This document shows, piece after piece, positions 1 through 12,267 of a stretch of 64,000 bases of DNA (position 1 is the first letter of the stretch; the number at the start of each line of letters is the position of its first letter). The stretch comes from Rhizophagus irregularis (taxonomy: Eukaryota). A program made the position numbers and the translations under genes. Where the stretch lies: contig NC_089434.1 of assembly GCF_026210795.1 (NCBI RefSeq), positions 4,774,001 through 4,838,000 of the forward strand, in the 5' to 3' direction. The notes beneath the pieces are model-generated. The model saw only the letters and a program-made list of their open reading frames with translations, made no database searches and was not told the DNA's origin.

Positions 1-1553
1 TTTAATTAGTATTTTATTAATTGTTCTCGTTACTATTCCTTATACTACTATGATTTTATAATTTAAAATAAGATTTCATAAAATGAAATGAAATAAAAAA
101 AAAAAACTTTACTATTATCAAAACATCGGATGGGTCACTTGCATACCCTGATTATATTGCATCCATACAAGTTATTATACAAGATTATTGGATCATTGCC
201 TGTTTTTATTTTATTGATATCAATTTTTGGTAAATTTATCAAAGTAACAGGTCATTCAATGAGAAAAAATTTTGATTGAGTAACATTTTGTGGGAAAGTT
301 ATAATCAAAATTTAGAATGCCGATCGTTTATCTATTTCCTAATCGAACGCACAAAAAGAAAAATAAAATTGTAATTATTGTTCCATTTTGATTTTTCACG
401 AACAAATAAAAATATTTTTTTTTGATAAATAATATTATTCGTTTGATAAAAGATAAGCCATAATTGGATAATTATTTAGAAACTCCGTTGAAAATTGTCA
501 CTAAAAAACTTAAAAAATTTTAACATATTTATTTATAAATAGGTTATCATTAAAAAAGATTTAGGGGAAACAAATAATTTGGGGTTCAAAAATAATGTTG
601 GCGTTTAATGATTGATTTTTGAATTATTGAAAAAAGGAAAATTGAATGTAATATGATAAGTTACACGTTTCTATGAAGTTGTATGTTTTTTATTCTTACT
701 ACTGAAATTTTTAATGATTTTATTACTTAATAAAATTACCTAAATTAAATAATATAAAGTCATAATCATTTCTTTTACTCACTTTTATTTATTTTCTTTG
801 ATCAGATGAAAAAGTTTTTATATATTTTAAAGTTAGAATTACAAAATCTGTGCATCCAATAAAGCCATAAAGGAACAAATCTTCCTTATCTTCTCATCAG
901 CTTTAATGTAAATATACATATTTTACTGCTGCAAAAATCTCGTGTGCAAAACCTTATTTATACACAAATTACTGTTTTAATTTATATGTCATACATATTA
1001 ATACTATCATTAAATGCAAATCAATGAATTTCGTTTATTTATGTAAATCAAATACTTTAAAATCTTTATTAGAGATCAATAGTAATAACGAACTGACACT
1101 GACTTGCTGATCGAAAATCGTCAGTTCTTCATAATTTACAGAAATAATATAGAAAAAGTGATTTTGAAACTTGTGCAATTTCTATCATCTTTTGTATTAT
1201 CGCTAGAAAAACAAAACTTTTGTAAAAATAAGGGTGATAGATTATTGTATCAAATGATCAAATACGATTATATTGTATGTTACATGTAATTGTTTATAAT
1301 AAATAGTAATGATTATGATATATACTTATATATATTTATATTATATTAAAAATATTCTTACACTGTAAATTTACAATATTATACATATATATATATATTA
1401 AATAAAAAATTTATACAATAAAACAATATTTAATTAATCGGATATGTAATTCCGAGAATTTCTTATATAAATGTTGTAAATAAATTCTGAAATTATTTTT
1501 TTTTAAAAAAAAAATAAAAAAAAATATATTATATATTTATTTTTCCATCAAAA

Positions 1554-1867
1554 ATGTCTTCTGATTCTGCTCCCCCGACTCCCCCTCCTTCTCCAAGCCA
1601 ATTCAACCTAATGCCATCGCCACCTCCTTCTCCTCTTCCTCCCCAATCGCCTCCTCCTTCTCCGCCTCCTTCACCACGGCCGTTGCAATATAGATATAGA
1701 AGCATTCCCTACTCTACACCAGTAGTGCACCGGAGGGCTTATAGAAAAATAATAACTCGATCTTCGAAGTAAGTAAATATTGTTTGATTTAACTATACTT
1801 CTTATACTTTATTACAAGAAGCTTACGCTGCGTCTTTTTTTCATTCAGTAGAAGAATAAGAATTTAA
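1554..1867 (+). CDS. Small proline-rich, basic-tailed protein (~77 aa, 2 exons), function unknown
   Basis: TATATAAA at ~1464; AAAATGT start context; ORF MSSDSAPPTPPPSP...RRAYRKIITRSS; intron GTAAGT 1769..1848 CAG; exon 2 gives NRRIRI*. Confidence 0.55.
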
Positions 1868-2469
1868 ATTTTTTTAAAAAAAAAAAAAATTTTATTTTAA
1901 ATTTCGGCTGGTAAGGTCCAAAGTTTGAAACTTTGTGAAACTTTTATTATTATATTATTATTATTATTGACTAATTTAATTTATTTTTATTCTTTTTGTT
2001 ATTGATATATAATTTATTGAATTAATAAAGTTTTTAAAATTATTATTTTTAAAAAAAAAATAAAATTTTTTAATAATTGTTAAATTTTATTTTTTAAATT
2101 TAAATACTAAACCGTTTTTCTCTACTAGCAATAAATAATAAATAATAAATAATAAATAATAATAGTTTACTATTATATTTTCAATAAACGTCCAAATAAA
2201 TCAATTACCTTGTTTTGCGGGTCTTATCTCCCAATGCACATAAATACCCACATGATAATACTCATCTACTAATAATAAAACTCACGCAATAACTAATAGT
2301 AGGGGGTATAAGGTCAAACCCTCTGAAATTTGTATCATACCCGGGTACTATGACCCCCATTATGCGATATAGTGAAATTTTTATTATAGGAATTTCAAGT
2401 TTTATTTACAATCAACTCTCTCTAAATGCATTCTTCTAAGTGCATGCATTATATATTTTTTCTCCAATG

Positions 2470-5400
2470 GACAAATATTTGCTGCGCCATCTTATAAAAC
2501 TATTTGCTTAAACCAATTAATGTCGTCCAAAAATTAAACCGATGAACACGAAAATTTTAAATATAATTTATTATAATTTCATACTCAAAAACTAACATTC
2601 CTTATTCACGTTAAAACCTGGAAATACAAACCTAATCTAATCGTCGAATTTCCTTGCAACAATATCTGATCCATTTACCCTCAATAGTCAATGCGAAAAA
2701 TATAAATGTAAAAATTAATCCCTATCAAAATAGTTTTGACCTTTGCAACAACCTTTTAGAAAATAAAAAATTCAACTAATAAAAATAGATGTGCAAGTAA
2801 TTTTCTTTTTATTTTAGAATTCGAAAGTTGTGGCGTAAGAAATTATAAGAACATTTCTTCAAATACTTTCGAAGCCATATCTAAGAATTTGATGATATGG
2901 CGTGTTTGTGTGTCGTATGGTCACTAATATATGTATCTCCAATATTAAATTAAGCGAAACTTAAACTTTATAGAACGTAATATTACTAAGTACAGTACGT
3001 TAAAAAAAAAAGAAGATTTTAAATTACCTATCAATGGTAGTGATTTTTGTTATTATGAAAAAATAATATTATTGGTTTAAATAAAATAAATCGTGGTTAA
3101 TCGGTTAAATCGAATTCTATCGAATTCTTAAATATAAAATGTATAAAGTGTTGTCAAAATTATTTGCTACTATCATATCATATTCTTCTTTGTTTTAAAA
3201 TATTCTCTTTTTATTTTTTGTCCAACAATTCTTGCCATCGCAAAATCTTAGTGTTATATTTCAGGAAATGTCAAGTCTACCGACCTGTCATATTTTTAGA
3301 TTAAAAAAATTCAATTAATTAGGAACATGATTATTTATCTTATTTTATATAACAGGGTATGCTCCCTTGATAAATTTTCGTTTCATTTTTTTATTTGGAT
3401 AATTAGTTATTAGGCATAAAATATTTTAAAAGTTTAATTTTGATCTATTTTTAATAAATATTTACTGTATATCATCAGTCTTTTCAAAGAGAAAAGAGGT
3501 CTATTGTTCCATTTTGAAACATTAATTTTTCATCCCGTAAATATTCTATTTCGACTCAGGATCAACTCTGAAAAATCAACTCAGAAGAATCAATTCAGTT
3601 TTTTTTGCAGTCTGAATAACAGATAGGTTGAAAATACGGACGCGTCTCTTATTACGGTACATAGCATCCCTATTTTCCCTATTATAGTCCTTTAAAAATT
3701 AAAATGGCTTGATTGTTCTCAACCAGTTTATTTATTTGATTTATGGTTGAAAATGGTTTGATTAGGATTCTAGATTTCTCAATTGTTTACTTTATTCTTT
3801 AATCTATATTGTAATACAAAGAGATTGCGAAATAAAATTTGGGGAGAAAATTATTTCACAACTAAGAATTTACCTTGTTAAAGGCTTTTCTGCTTCTGGG
3901 AAAAACAAAAAGCCGATCATATGATATTAAATGTCAATGCGTGAATATCAATAAGAAATAAAACAAAAGGTTCGTGACCCAGATAATTTTATTTTCCCGA
4001 TCATTAAAAGAAAATCTGTAAATAAATTACTGCGCCACACTGCGCCGTCAACCTGACACACAGCATGAATTTTACTAATTCGCAATTTATTACACGTGGG
4101 TTAAAGTCAGTTACAGTTACGTGCCTTCGATAATTCCAACAAAACTGATACGAAACACGATCCTAATTCAGTAATTCGGTATGCAATTTTGTATATAAAT
4201 AGAGGTCTTGGTCTAGTGATTAAATATACATTCTTTTCACAAACTACTCGCAAAACTATACGTTCTTTACATTCTTTTCATAACTACCCCGCACAACCAT
4301 ACATATTCTTCACAAACTACCCGCACAACTATCACAACTATACAAGTTTGAAATAGAAGAAATTATTTTGCTCAAGATTTTCTTGAGCACGTCGCGAACG
4401 TTTTGAAGCGCGCCATTTATTTTCCAAACACGCTTCCGTGTTCTTTAAAGCAACGAGGTAATTTATGATAAAAAATTATTTATTTTCGAAATGTCGTCTT
4501 TCATGGTAATTTGATAAAAAACTATTTACTAAAAGATCAATGACTTTTTTTTCTTTTGTTAGAATTGTTCGGGTCTACAAAATAAAAAATATCGGCGCTC
4601 CTCTCGCGTTCACCGCGCCCTCTTAAGAAAAAAAAATCGAGAAGAGGATGAAGGAGAAAATCAGAGAGAAAAAAACCGGAAGGCACGATTAAAAAAAGAT
4701 TTAATGTTGGCGGGCGGAACGCGCGTCTATAAAAATCTTACGGTCCTTCAAGGTAATTTATGATAAATTAATTATTTACTATCAATGACTTCTTTTTCGT
4801 CTTTCATGGTAATTTAATAAAAAATTATTTACTAAAAGATCAATTACTTCTTTTTCTTTTGTTAGGTCATTTATATGAAGCTTCTCGTCAGATTGATCAA
4901 TTTTCATCAATAACCGCATTCCACCCGTCTACATTTAATCAATCTTCTTTTAATTGTATTTTCTGTTTTCTTTCCCTCTGATTTTCTTCATCTTCCTCCT
5001 CGATTTTTTTTCCTCAGGATGAAAATGATTTTTTTTTAATTTTACTTGTATTTTCCGAAATAAATTTATCATTAGATCACATCATTATATGAATAAAGTC
5101 TGAAATTACTATACTTGAATTTTGTCGAACATCTTTAGAAGAAGCAAATATTAACAAAAAAAAATATGAATTAAATATTAAACCCAGAATTTTAAAGAAT
5201 AAATCTGCTATAAAATGTTTCTTCATAAAAATTGATCACCTTTAATTATTTGCTCAGTTTCCACTAATAAACCTTTTTTTGTAACACAGATATTCTGATA
5301 ATCATAAAAATTTGGTCATTAAAAAAACGAGAAAAATTTAAGTCGTTGTATTCCACTTAATCTAGTTTCTTCTGCTATTCGCTCAACCTTTTACGCTCAA

Positions 5401-7075
5401 GTCTGTTTAAACTAAAAAAGTGTTTGAAATGAATATCATCAAGAGAACGAACACGGAAAATTGCTACAAATGACAAGCCAGCTGCAAATTCCTCCTATTA
5501 CTGCTTTTATAAAGTCAGACCTTGTAATTTATGAGCTGTGATAGCCCACGCAAGAGAGAGTGGAAATTGCAAGCGAGAGCAACTTTCGGTTTTATCTTCC
5601 CACACCCACATACTTATAGGAATAAGAGTTGGACCGTTATATTCAATATACTGTCTAATGAAACTCAGGTAAAGAGGTGTACTCGGGCTTTTCTTTATAT
5701 AAAATAACTGTTATTGTTCCCATTACCCATTTATAAGACCAGCAGCATTTTGCATAATTATATTTCAGTTTCAATTCTTTTTGCAGTTTCGGAACCGGCC
5801 TTAGAAGCTTCAGATCCACCCGTATGTACTCCATGAATCTTGGCAACGGGTTGGTTTAATAATCGAAGTTTATTCAAATTTATTTTATCCACTTCTTCCC
5901 ATGTTGTTAGAACATTGGTGGCATCTGAAGTTTTTCTCTCTGATCCAGGAATATTTTCTGGAATTCGCGTCATTAATAATTCCCAGTCGGATCGTATAGA
6001 CCTTCCATCACGTAAGTGATAATAAGAAATTTCTAAATTGTTGTTGTTTATCCGAGTTACCTGTTGTATTTGTATAGCCTCATTTCTTGAAATTGACTAG
6101 ACACTACGACCTTAGATAAATGATCTGATTTCGAGAGTCCTGAGAATACAATGGGAACATCACATACCGGAGGAAGCTGCCCAAAGTCACCAACAAGAAT
6201 TATGGATCGGCTACCAAAGGGAATATTGTAGTGATCCGGAAATGCTTGCTGCGGTCGTTAATCAATATAGCAAGAAAACGACGTCCTACCATACTATAAA
6301 ATATCCTATATATTTTAGTTTTCTTTGGAGTCTCTTCAAAGATTCACCTTCAAGCTCAACGTTTACCCCGAATATTGGAACAGAAAGTGACGAACGTATA
6401 GTGTTGCCTTCAATGTTAACACCTGTTGGAGCAACTACCATATTGTTCTCATGTAAGTTATGTTCCTTTACGATCTCATATAACCTTCCCCGAATAGCAT
6501 TAATAAGGTAAGATTTGCCGGTTCCAGCAGTACCCATGACAATAATTCTTAAAGGTGCTATGGATTCTACTCTTTCACGTATTAACCTTTGTTTCTCGCT
6601 TAGAGTTCTAAGGTCGATACTAGTTGTCACCAATTGCCTGCTAGATGAAGCTTTCTGCCTCTTCAATTTCAGGATATCGCAGCAAACTTTCGTTAACCCA
6701 GTCGTGATTTCTATCAATATCACGGGTACTAAAGTCATCTAATCTACGCGTCTGTCTATTTGCCATCATTTCAGCCAGTAACATCCAGTCAGTTCGAAGT
6801 TCATACGCTTCCTATGGTGTGTCGTCGTCTTCTTCATCAGAATCGTTACCTTCAACTTCTTGAATATCATCCACGGCAGGTCCAATTAAATCATTAGAGT
6901 CATCATTGATTTCTACAAGATGTTGGTTATATAAATCAATCCATGAAAGAGTGTGATTCTCTGTGAGGCTAAGAAGGTCTCTATAACGAACCATTTCGAA
7001 TGGGAGATGGACGTAGCTAAATACGTACAATGTTTTCACCAGAGCATCCTACCCAGTTGCCTTTTACTAATTTAT
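2470..7075. repeat. Segmental duplication block A, copy 1 (copy 2 at ~29818-35315)
   Basis: Colinear near-identical text from 'gctgcgccatcttataaaact' through to the Helitron helicase region ending 'cccagttgccttttactaatt' in both places. Confidence 0.92.
4190..5100 (+). other. Putative spliced transcription unit with internal inverted repeat (hairpin RNA or ~105-aa basic ORF)
   Basis: TATATAAATA at ~4192; two near-duplicate introns (4458 or 4506..4562, and 4753..4865); arms ~4622-4730 and ~4911-5020 are reverse complements; AATAAA at ~5059 and ~5092. Confidence 0.45.
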
Positions 7076-10000
7076 ATTGCTGATCCAATTTGAACAATGA
7101 AAGTTCCTCAAGTTCGGCAGGTCTATTACAATATCTTTGTAGAGGTGAGACATCTGTTTACAAAATTCCATTGTTCTCATTATTTGGAACATTTTCATTA
7201 CTATCACGAAGCTGTTGATTCACCTCTTTGTTAAGATTTTAGACTAACAAAATTTCGGCTACTATGATAGAGCGGTAATTGAAGATGACAAGTTTCTTGC
7301 GCCGAAAAATCACGTTCTCCGACTGTGTGAATGAGCAACTTTGGAATGGTTTAACAGCTGGATCATTGGGGTCATCATTACGATGAGCTTTGTCCAATAC
7401 TTCTGAGAAGGCCAAGGACCCTAAGGACCGTGGTTCTGCTTCACTAGCATACTTCGAAACATACTGCGTGGTAAGGATGGGTATCAAATCAACATTTGCA
7501 CTCCATCCCTGTAATTGAATGCGATCATGAGGATTTATAAGTGGATCATTTCTGGCAGTTGTCAGTTCTAGGTAGTGTAACCATTTATCGATCAATTCAA
7601 TCAGAAGGAGATGCATGCAGGTCGGGATTGATTGTTGTAACTAAAGAATCCAAGCAGTGTTTTACTTCTTCCATAATTTCATCATTATTTTTCATCTTTT
7701 CCCAATCAATTTCTGGTGCTTCTTTTCGCTTGGCAATGCCATGAACTTGAACACTACCATGATGTTGCCACTCAAATCGATACCACCAGTCAACTAATTC
7801 CCATTTAGGAATTAACACTTCCCAGATCGCTTTTTCAAAGAAATATGCAGCAATATGGAGATTATTGTCTGCGAAGCGAAGGACTATATATGTTTTCGAA
7901 GGACTATGTCAAATATCCGGTTGTCCGCACGCGTCACGTCATTGAAATTTCGTGCTACATCAGATGAAATAAATTTGTGATACATCAGATAAACAAGATA
8001 AAGGTTTATTTATAACCTTTTTTTCGCTCCGGACTTACAACGGTTTCCGTTTCCTAGTTTATGAGATCTTTACGTTGGCGTCTGGCAGCTTCCTGGACTG
8101 TTTCTGTGTTTACAGAATTTTTTCCATTAGGCATTAGATTATGTAAGTCTTGCCAATGCACATCTGCGCTAAATGTAAAGAAAATCATTCCCTGAGACCT
8201 TATCTAATTCAGCTCTACGACGCATTCAATAATGAATAGTACCACGCAATCCGTAATACTTTGCTATGTGAGTATTGTTTTGCATTAAATCCAGTATCGG
8301 CTACTGTGAGTTGCTCTTCTCTAAATTCTGTCGAACAAATACGCGACCTTCTGATGATGCTCTCCGTCTCATTAATGAATTTAGGGCAAAGTAATGCCAC
8401 CGTCGATGACGAGCAAATCGGCCGTCTTTATAGACTAAAAGATGTTTAAAGTATTCCGTCGGTTTATTTCTTTTATCCGGGGTTCATTAAGGTCCACGAC
8501 CCTCCAAGGATAAAATGTAGGAGATGCTCTTTGCTATATATCCTGGGGTATGAAACTCATCAATCGGAGAAACTTCGTTATGCGGCCAGTTAATTCTCTC
8601 ATGATCATGTTGCGCTCAATTGAGGATTTCATTTATTGCCCTGTCTTCATTAAGTCTGGTGGGTAATGAAGGAACAAATGTTTGTGAGTCGAAAGAGTTT
8701 TCATCATTCTCCTGGTTCTTCTTCAGAACTATTGGTACTATCATCCGTGAATTGTGGAAGTTTTTCCGCAAACGAACCATTTTCAGGTAAAGTTTGTAAT
8801 ATTTCATCATCAATATCCGATATCACGATAGAATTTATTGTTTGCCTTCATGACTTCATCCAGTGAAGAGCTCGCATTACTTTTCCCTAACGAACATGAA
8901 AATCCCGAAAATTGGATCTATCTTCGGAATGACGCCAAACAATAAGTAAAACCAACGATTATGGATCATGTAGAAGTCGTGCCGCGAACTCCTGCACATC
9001 TTGTGAAAAAATAATAATATTTCCACGATATGCATACTGTCCTCCAGGATTGCGCGTTTCACTTAGGTTATTTTTGAGATTGTTCATTGTGTTGCGAAAT
9101 TGGCGCAAAAGCTTCTGATCAGCAGTTGGAATGCATATTTTTGACGTATACTTGGCTTCTTTTGTGAAAGCCTCGCTGCAATTTGATTTGGAATTTTTTT
9201 GCTATTCTAAGCGAATATTTCTTACCGCGCAAGAGCGCGTCGAGTTTCTCCTCAACTACCGAACGTACTTCACGCTCCTCGTTGGTCTCTTCTCGCTTTA
9301 CGCTTCCTTTCACGATCACGTGCTAAGCGTTCCTCGCGCTCCTCATGATCATGTGACAAAATGAGCTTCTTCCATATCAATAACATATTCTCTCTATTCT
9401 CTTTATTCTTGAGATGATTTGGAAAAGGAGCTATGCGCAAATACATTTACACAATTATTGTATATTCTCATTAAAGTGATCTTACCATATCGTAATCCGA
9501 TGTAATGCAAAGGTTTTTATTGGGAATTCTTACAATTTGGCTTTTGAATAAAGAAAAAAAAAAATTTTTGATTAAGTCGCCAATTATAATTACTACGTGG
9601 TTTATATATGATCGTTTTAATTAAGGGGCGTTCCTTTTCGATCGTTGGGCGTACCTTGGACAATTCAATATCCATTTTTGATTTTACTATTTTAATGCAC
9701 GTTGCAAATATATTGTTATTGATTAGGAGACGTTCTTATAACGTGTATTTTATGTTACAAAATTTATCATTCGCGTACATTTAAAACTTATAACCGTTTT
9801 TAATTAACAACAATTTTTCGTAATTCCATAATCAATAGTTTTATATATTAAAAGTGCTATTAACCCAAATGCGACCAAAAAAATATTACTACCACCAATA
9901 CTACCTTGAACATATCCTTAAATATTTCTCCTATTATCTTGATATACGTTTATTATAATTTCTAATTCTTTTATTTAATAATTTCAAAACTTTACATTAC

Positions 10001-10090
10001 ATGAATTCATACATTTAATTTAAACTATGATGATTAAGAAAAAATCAAATAAATAACGCGACGGACTTTAACGGTTTCCATTTTTCTAGT
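5335..10090 (-). mobile_element. Decayed Helitron2/Helentron-type (HLE2) rolling-circle element; Rep (HUH) + PIF1 helicase pseudogene
   Basis: Minus-strand fragments: DUF6570-like region ~8870-9060; Rep motif WWYRFEWQHHGSVQVHG (RGS-type); WSANVDL..YVSKYASEAEPRS; Walker A GTAGTGKS; VAPTGV; QFPLSLAWAITAHKLQGLTL near 5520-5570. Many frameshifts and stops. Probable 5' terminus at ~10090. The 3' terminus was not located. Confidence 0.9.
7868..8057 (-). mobile_element. 190-bp non-autonomous Helitron-like element inserted in the Rep domain
   Basis: Removing it restores the frame ...KDLINNNLHIAAYFFEK. Its end 'cggacttacaacggtttccgtttcctag' matches 'cggactttaacggtttccatttttctag' at 10062-10089. GCGAAGC-containing stem-loop at the other end. 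Confidence 0.75.
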
Positions 10091-10699
10091 GTATATTTCT
10101 TTAGGGGATCTCCCGAAACCTATCTTCGAAAGCCCATCCGAAACCTATAAAAAAAAACAAGAACGGTTAGTAAACCGTTCCATAATATTAAAAAAAAAAA
10201 CTACTAAGATTCGTAATACTTACGAATTGTAATTTATTGAGTATTCTATGACATTCAAAAAATATTTTATTCAAATAAATCGCATAATAAAGTGAAAATG
10301 AATATGAATATGATTTAAATAAATTATAATATTATATACATAAATTCCTTATCCCGTTTTCTTGATAAAAAACAAATCAAATAAAAATACTCCTGGCGCT
10401 TCGTTCATCATAGTCTAGGCGATGGTTGTGTTGTTGTTTGTGTATTTGTCCCTGGCGCATGATATCCTTCGTGTTGGAGAAACGATTGGAGGTAGTATGC
10501 CAGGGACGAAGTAATAGATCACGACTTAATTTGCTCGTTTAAACAAAGTGTTTCAAGATATTTTCGCAGCGCTATCGTCTGTTTTGGCTCTGGTTCGGGT
10601 CCTCGATTCTTAAAACTCGAGACATTCCAGTATTTATTTGTTGTGGTGAAGCTAGTATCTTATCTGTGCGCGAACTCCTATCATTGGAGGTGGAACAGT

Positions 10700-11200
10700 A
10701 GGTGAACGAACATCTGCAAACAAAGACTTTGATTTTCTTCGCTTGGGCTGCCAATAACCATTCTAGGGTATGCCAATAAAAAAAAATGGTCATCTATTGA
10801 AAATAATACATTCGATTCGGAAGAAACACGAACCTGCAGCACTTCATGTCTTTTGCCTTTTACCATCCTTTTTGAACGCGTATGATACAGTAATTGGTTT
10901 ATTCAGATTTCAGATATTGCACGTTCATTGCATCAATTGCCGCATCTGAAGAATCGAACTTATCATATGAAATAAACCCATACCCTTTACTATTACCAGT
11001 ATCAGGATCTCATGCAATCTAAATTAAATATTTCGACTTAACAAAATTAAATATGTAAATGAATTCGATATTCGATTATTAACAAAATAAAAATGAGCGG
11101 AAAGAGTGAAAATTACCAACGGGTCCTGCCAGAAGCATTCATCAAGGTTACCGATATAGACCGTAGCGTCTTGATCGCGTTCCTCTGTAGGACGAGCCAT
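10700..11200 (-). pseudogene. SF3B4: Splicing factor 3b subunit 4 (SAP49/Hsh49) pseudogene with internal deletion
   Basis: [21 protein letters not shown] (RRM1 start), an intron, then [53 protein letters not shown] and LLAAQAKK. In-frame TGA and frameshifts; middle of the gene is missing. Confidence 0.85.
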
Positions 11201-11374
11201 AATGTCAAGAGAAAAAATTTTTTTGACGCTAATCTTTTTTCCAAAAAATAGCATCACGTGATATAAAGGTCAAAGAGATTTTGTCACACTACAATCCAGA
11301 AAAAAACTATACGGAAAGATTAATTTTTCTCATGTTTTTTTTTAAACCAACTTCCGCCCTGATATAGCAAATGT

Positions 11375-11960
11375 TTATGGAGGAATTTAAAGGTTGTGAT
11401 ATTTCTCGTCAATCTAAGTGGAATCATCAAAATCGAAAAACTCTTATTTGAAAATAGAATTGTTTCATTTTCCACATTCACAGCACCACTATTTAACTAT
11501 GCAGCATATTGCAAAGTCTTGCCAATTTATAATATTATTATATTATTAAAATAGTTGATAATGTTATTAATAATGCCGGATTGATTAGAAAATTACTAGT
11601 ATTAGAAGAAATTTTCCAAATGTTTACATCTTTAAAATAAATTGATTTATCCTCGTAATAAAAAATATCCAATGATGTTAATAATGAATTTATTAAAGAT
11701 TTTGATAAGAAAATTTTTAATCTTCACTGCAGATATTTTGAACCTTTTAGTTATTTGTGAAAATTTCAAACTTAGAATTATATGATTATATTTAAGATTA
11801 TTTTATCAAACATCATTAATATTGGTTCAAGTCAGTTTTCAAATAAGTTATAATTTACAAACAATTTTTATAGATTTTAATGATGATGATGATGATTTAA
11901 ATAGCTTAAAAAAATTAAAAGGATTAATTTCTAAACAGAAAAATTTTAAAAATGTAGCTA
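11375..11960 (+). pseudogene. Fragment of Glomeromycotina-type F-box/LRR-like family gene
   Basis: Translatable pieces APLFNYAAYCKVLPI, LLVLEEIFQMFTSLK and LKGLISKQKNFKNV resemble this expanded family. Stops present; truncated at the MITE. Confidence 0.5.
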
Positions 11961-11961
11961 T

Positions 11962-12258
11962 AGGACCCCGGATATCTAATATAAAGGTCATAATGGACTT
12001 TTGGCCAAAAACACCCCTTTTTGCTGAAACTCAAAAAATCGTTTTTTGTAAATATCTCAGCATCCAGTAATTCAATTTTAATGAACTTTTTTTTATTTTG
12101 TAGCCCTCATTTAGCTCTACAATTTAAAAAAATGTTCATCAAAATTGGACCACTGGATGCCGAGATATTTACAAAAAACGATTTTTTGAGCCCCTGAAAA
12201 ATGGGCCAATCTGCCGAAAGTGTGACTTATGACCTGTTTTGGAGATATCCGGGGTCCT
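11962..12258 (+). mobile_element. ~295-bp MITE, AGGACCCCGGATATCT family (copy 1)
   Basis: 16-bp TIR aggaccccggatatct / agatatccggggtcct. Flanks do not match here (no TSD). Confidence 0.92.
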
Positions 12259-12267
12259 ATTTAATTT

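Noticed and set aside
5634..5655. Possible excision footprint of the pogo-like MITE present in copy 2
   Set aside because: The extra bases (ttcaata) do not match the element termini; cannot be distinguished from an ordinary indel.
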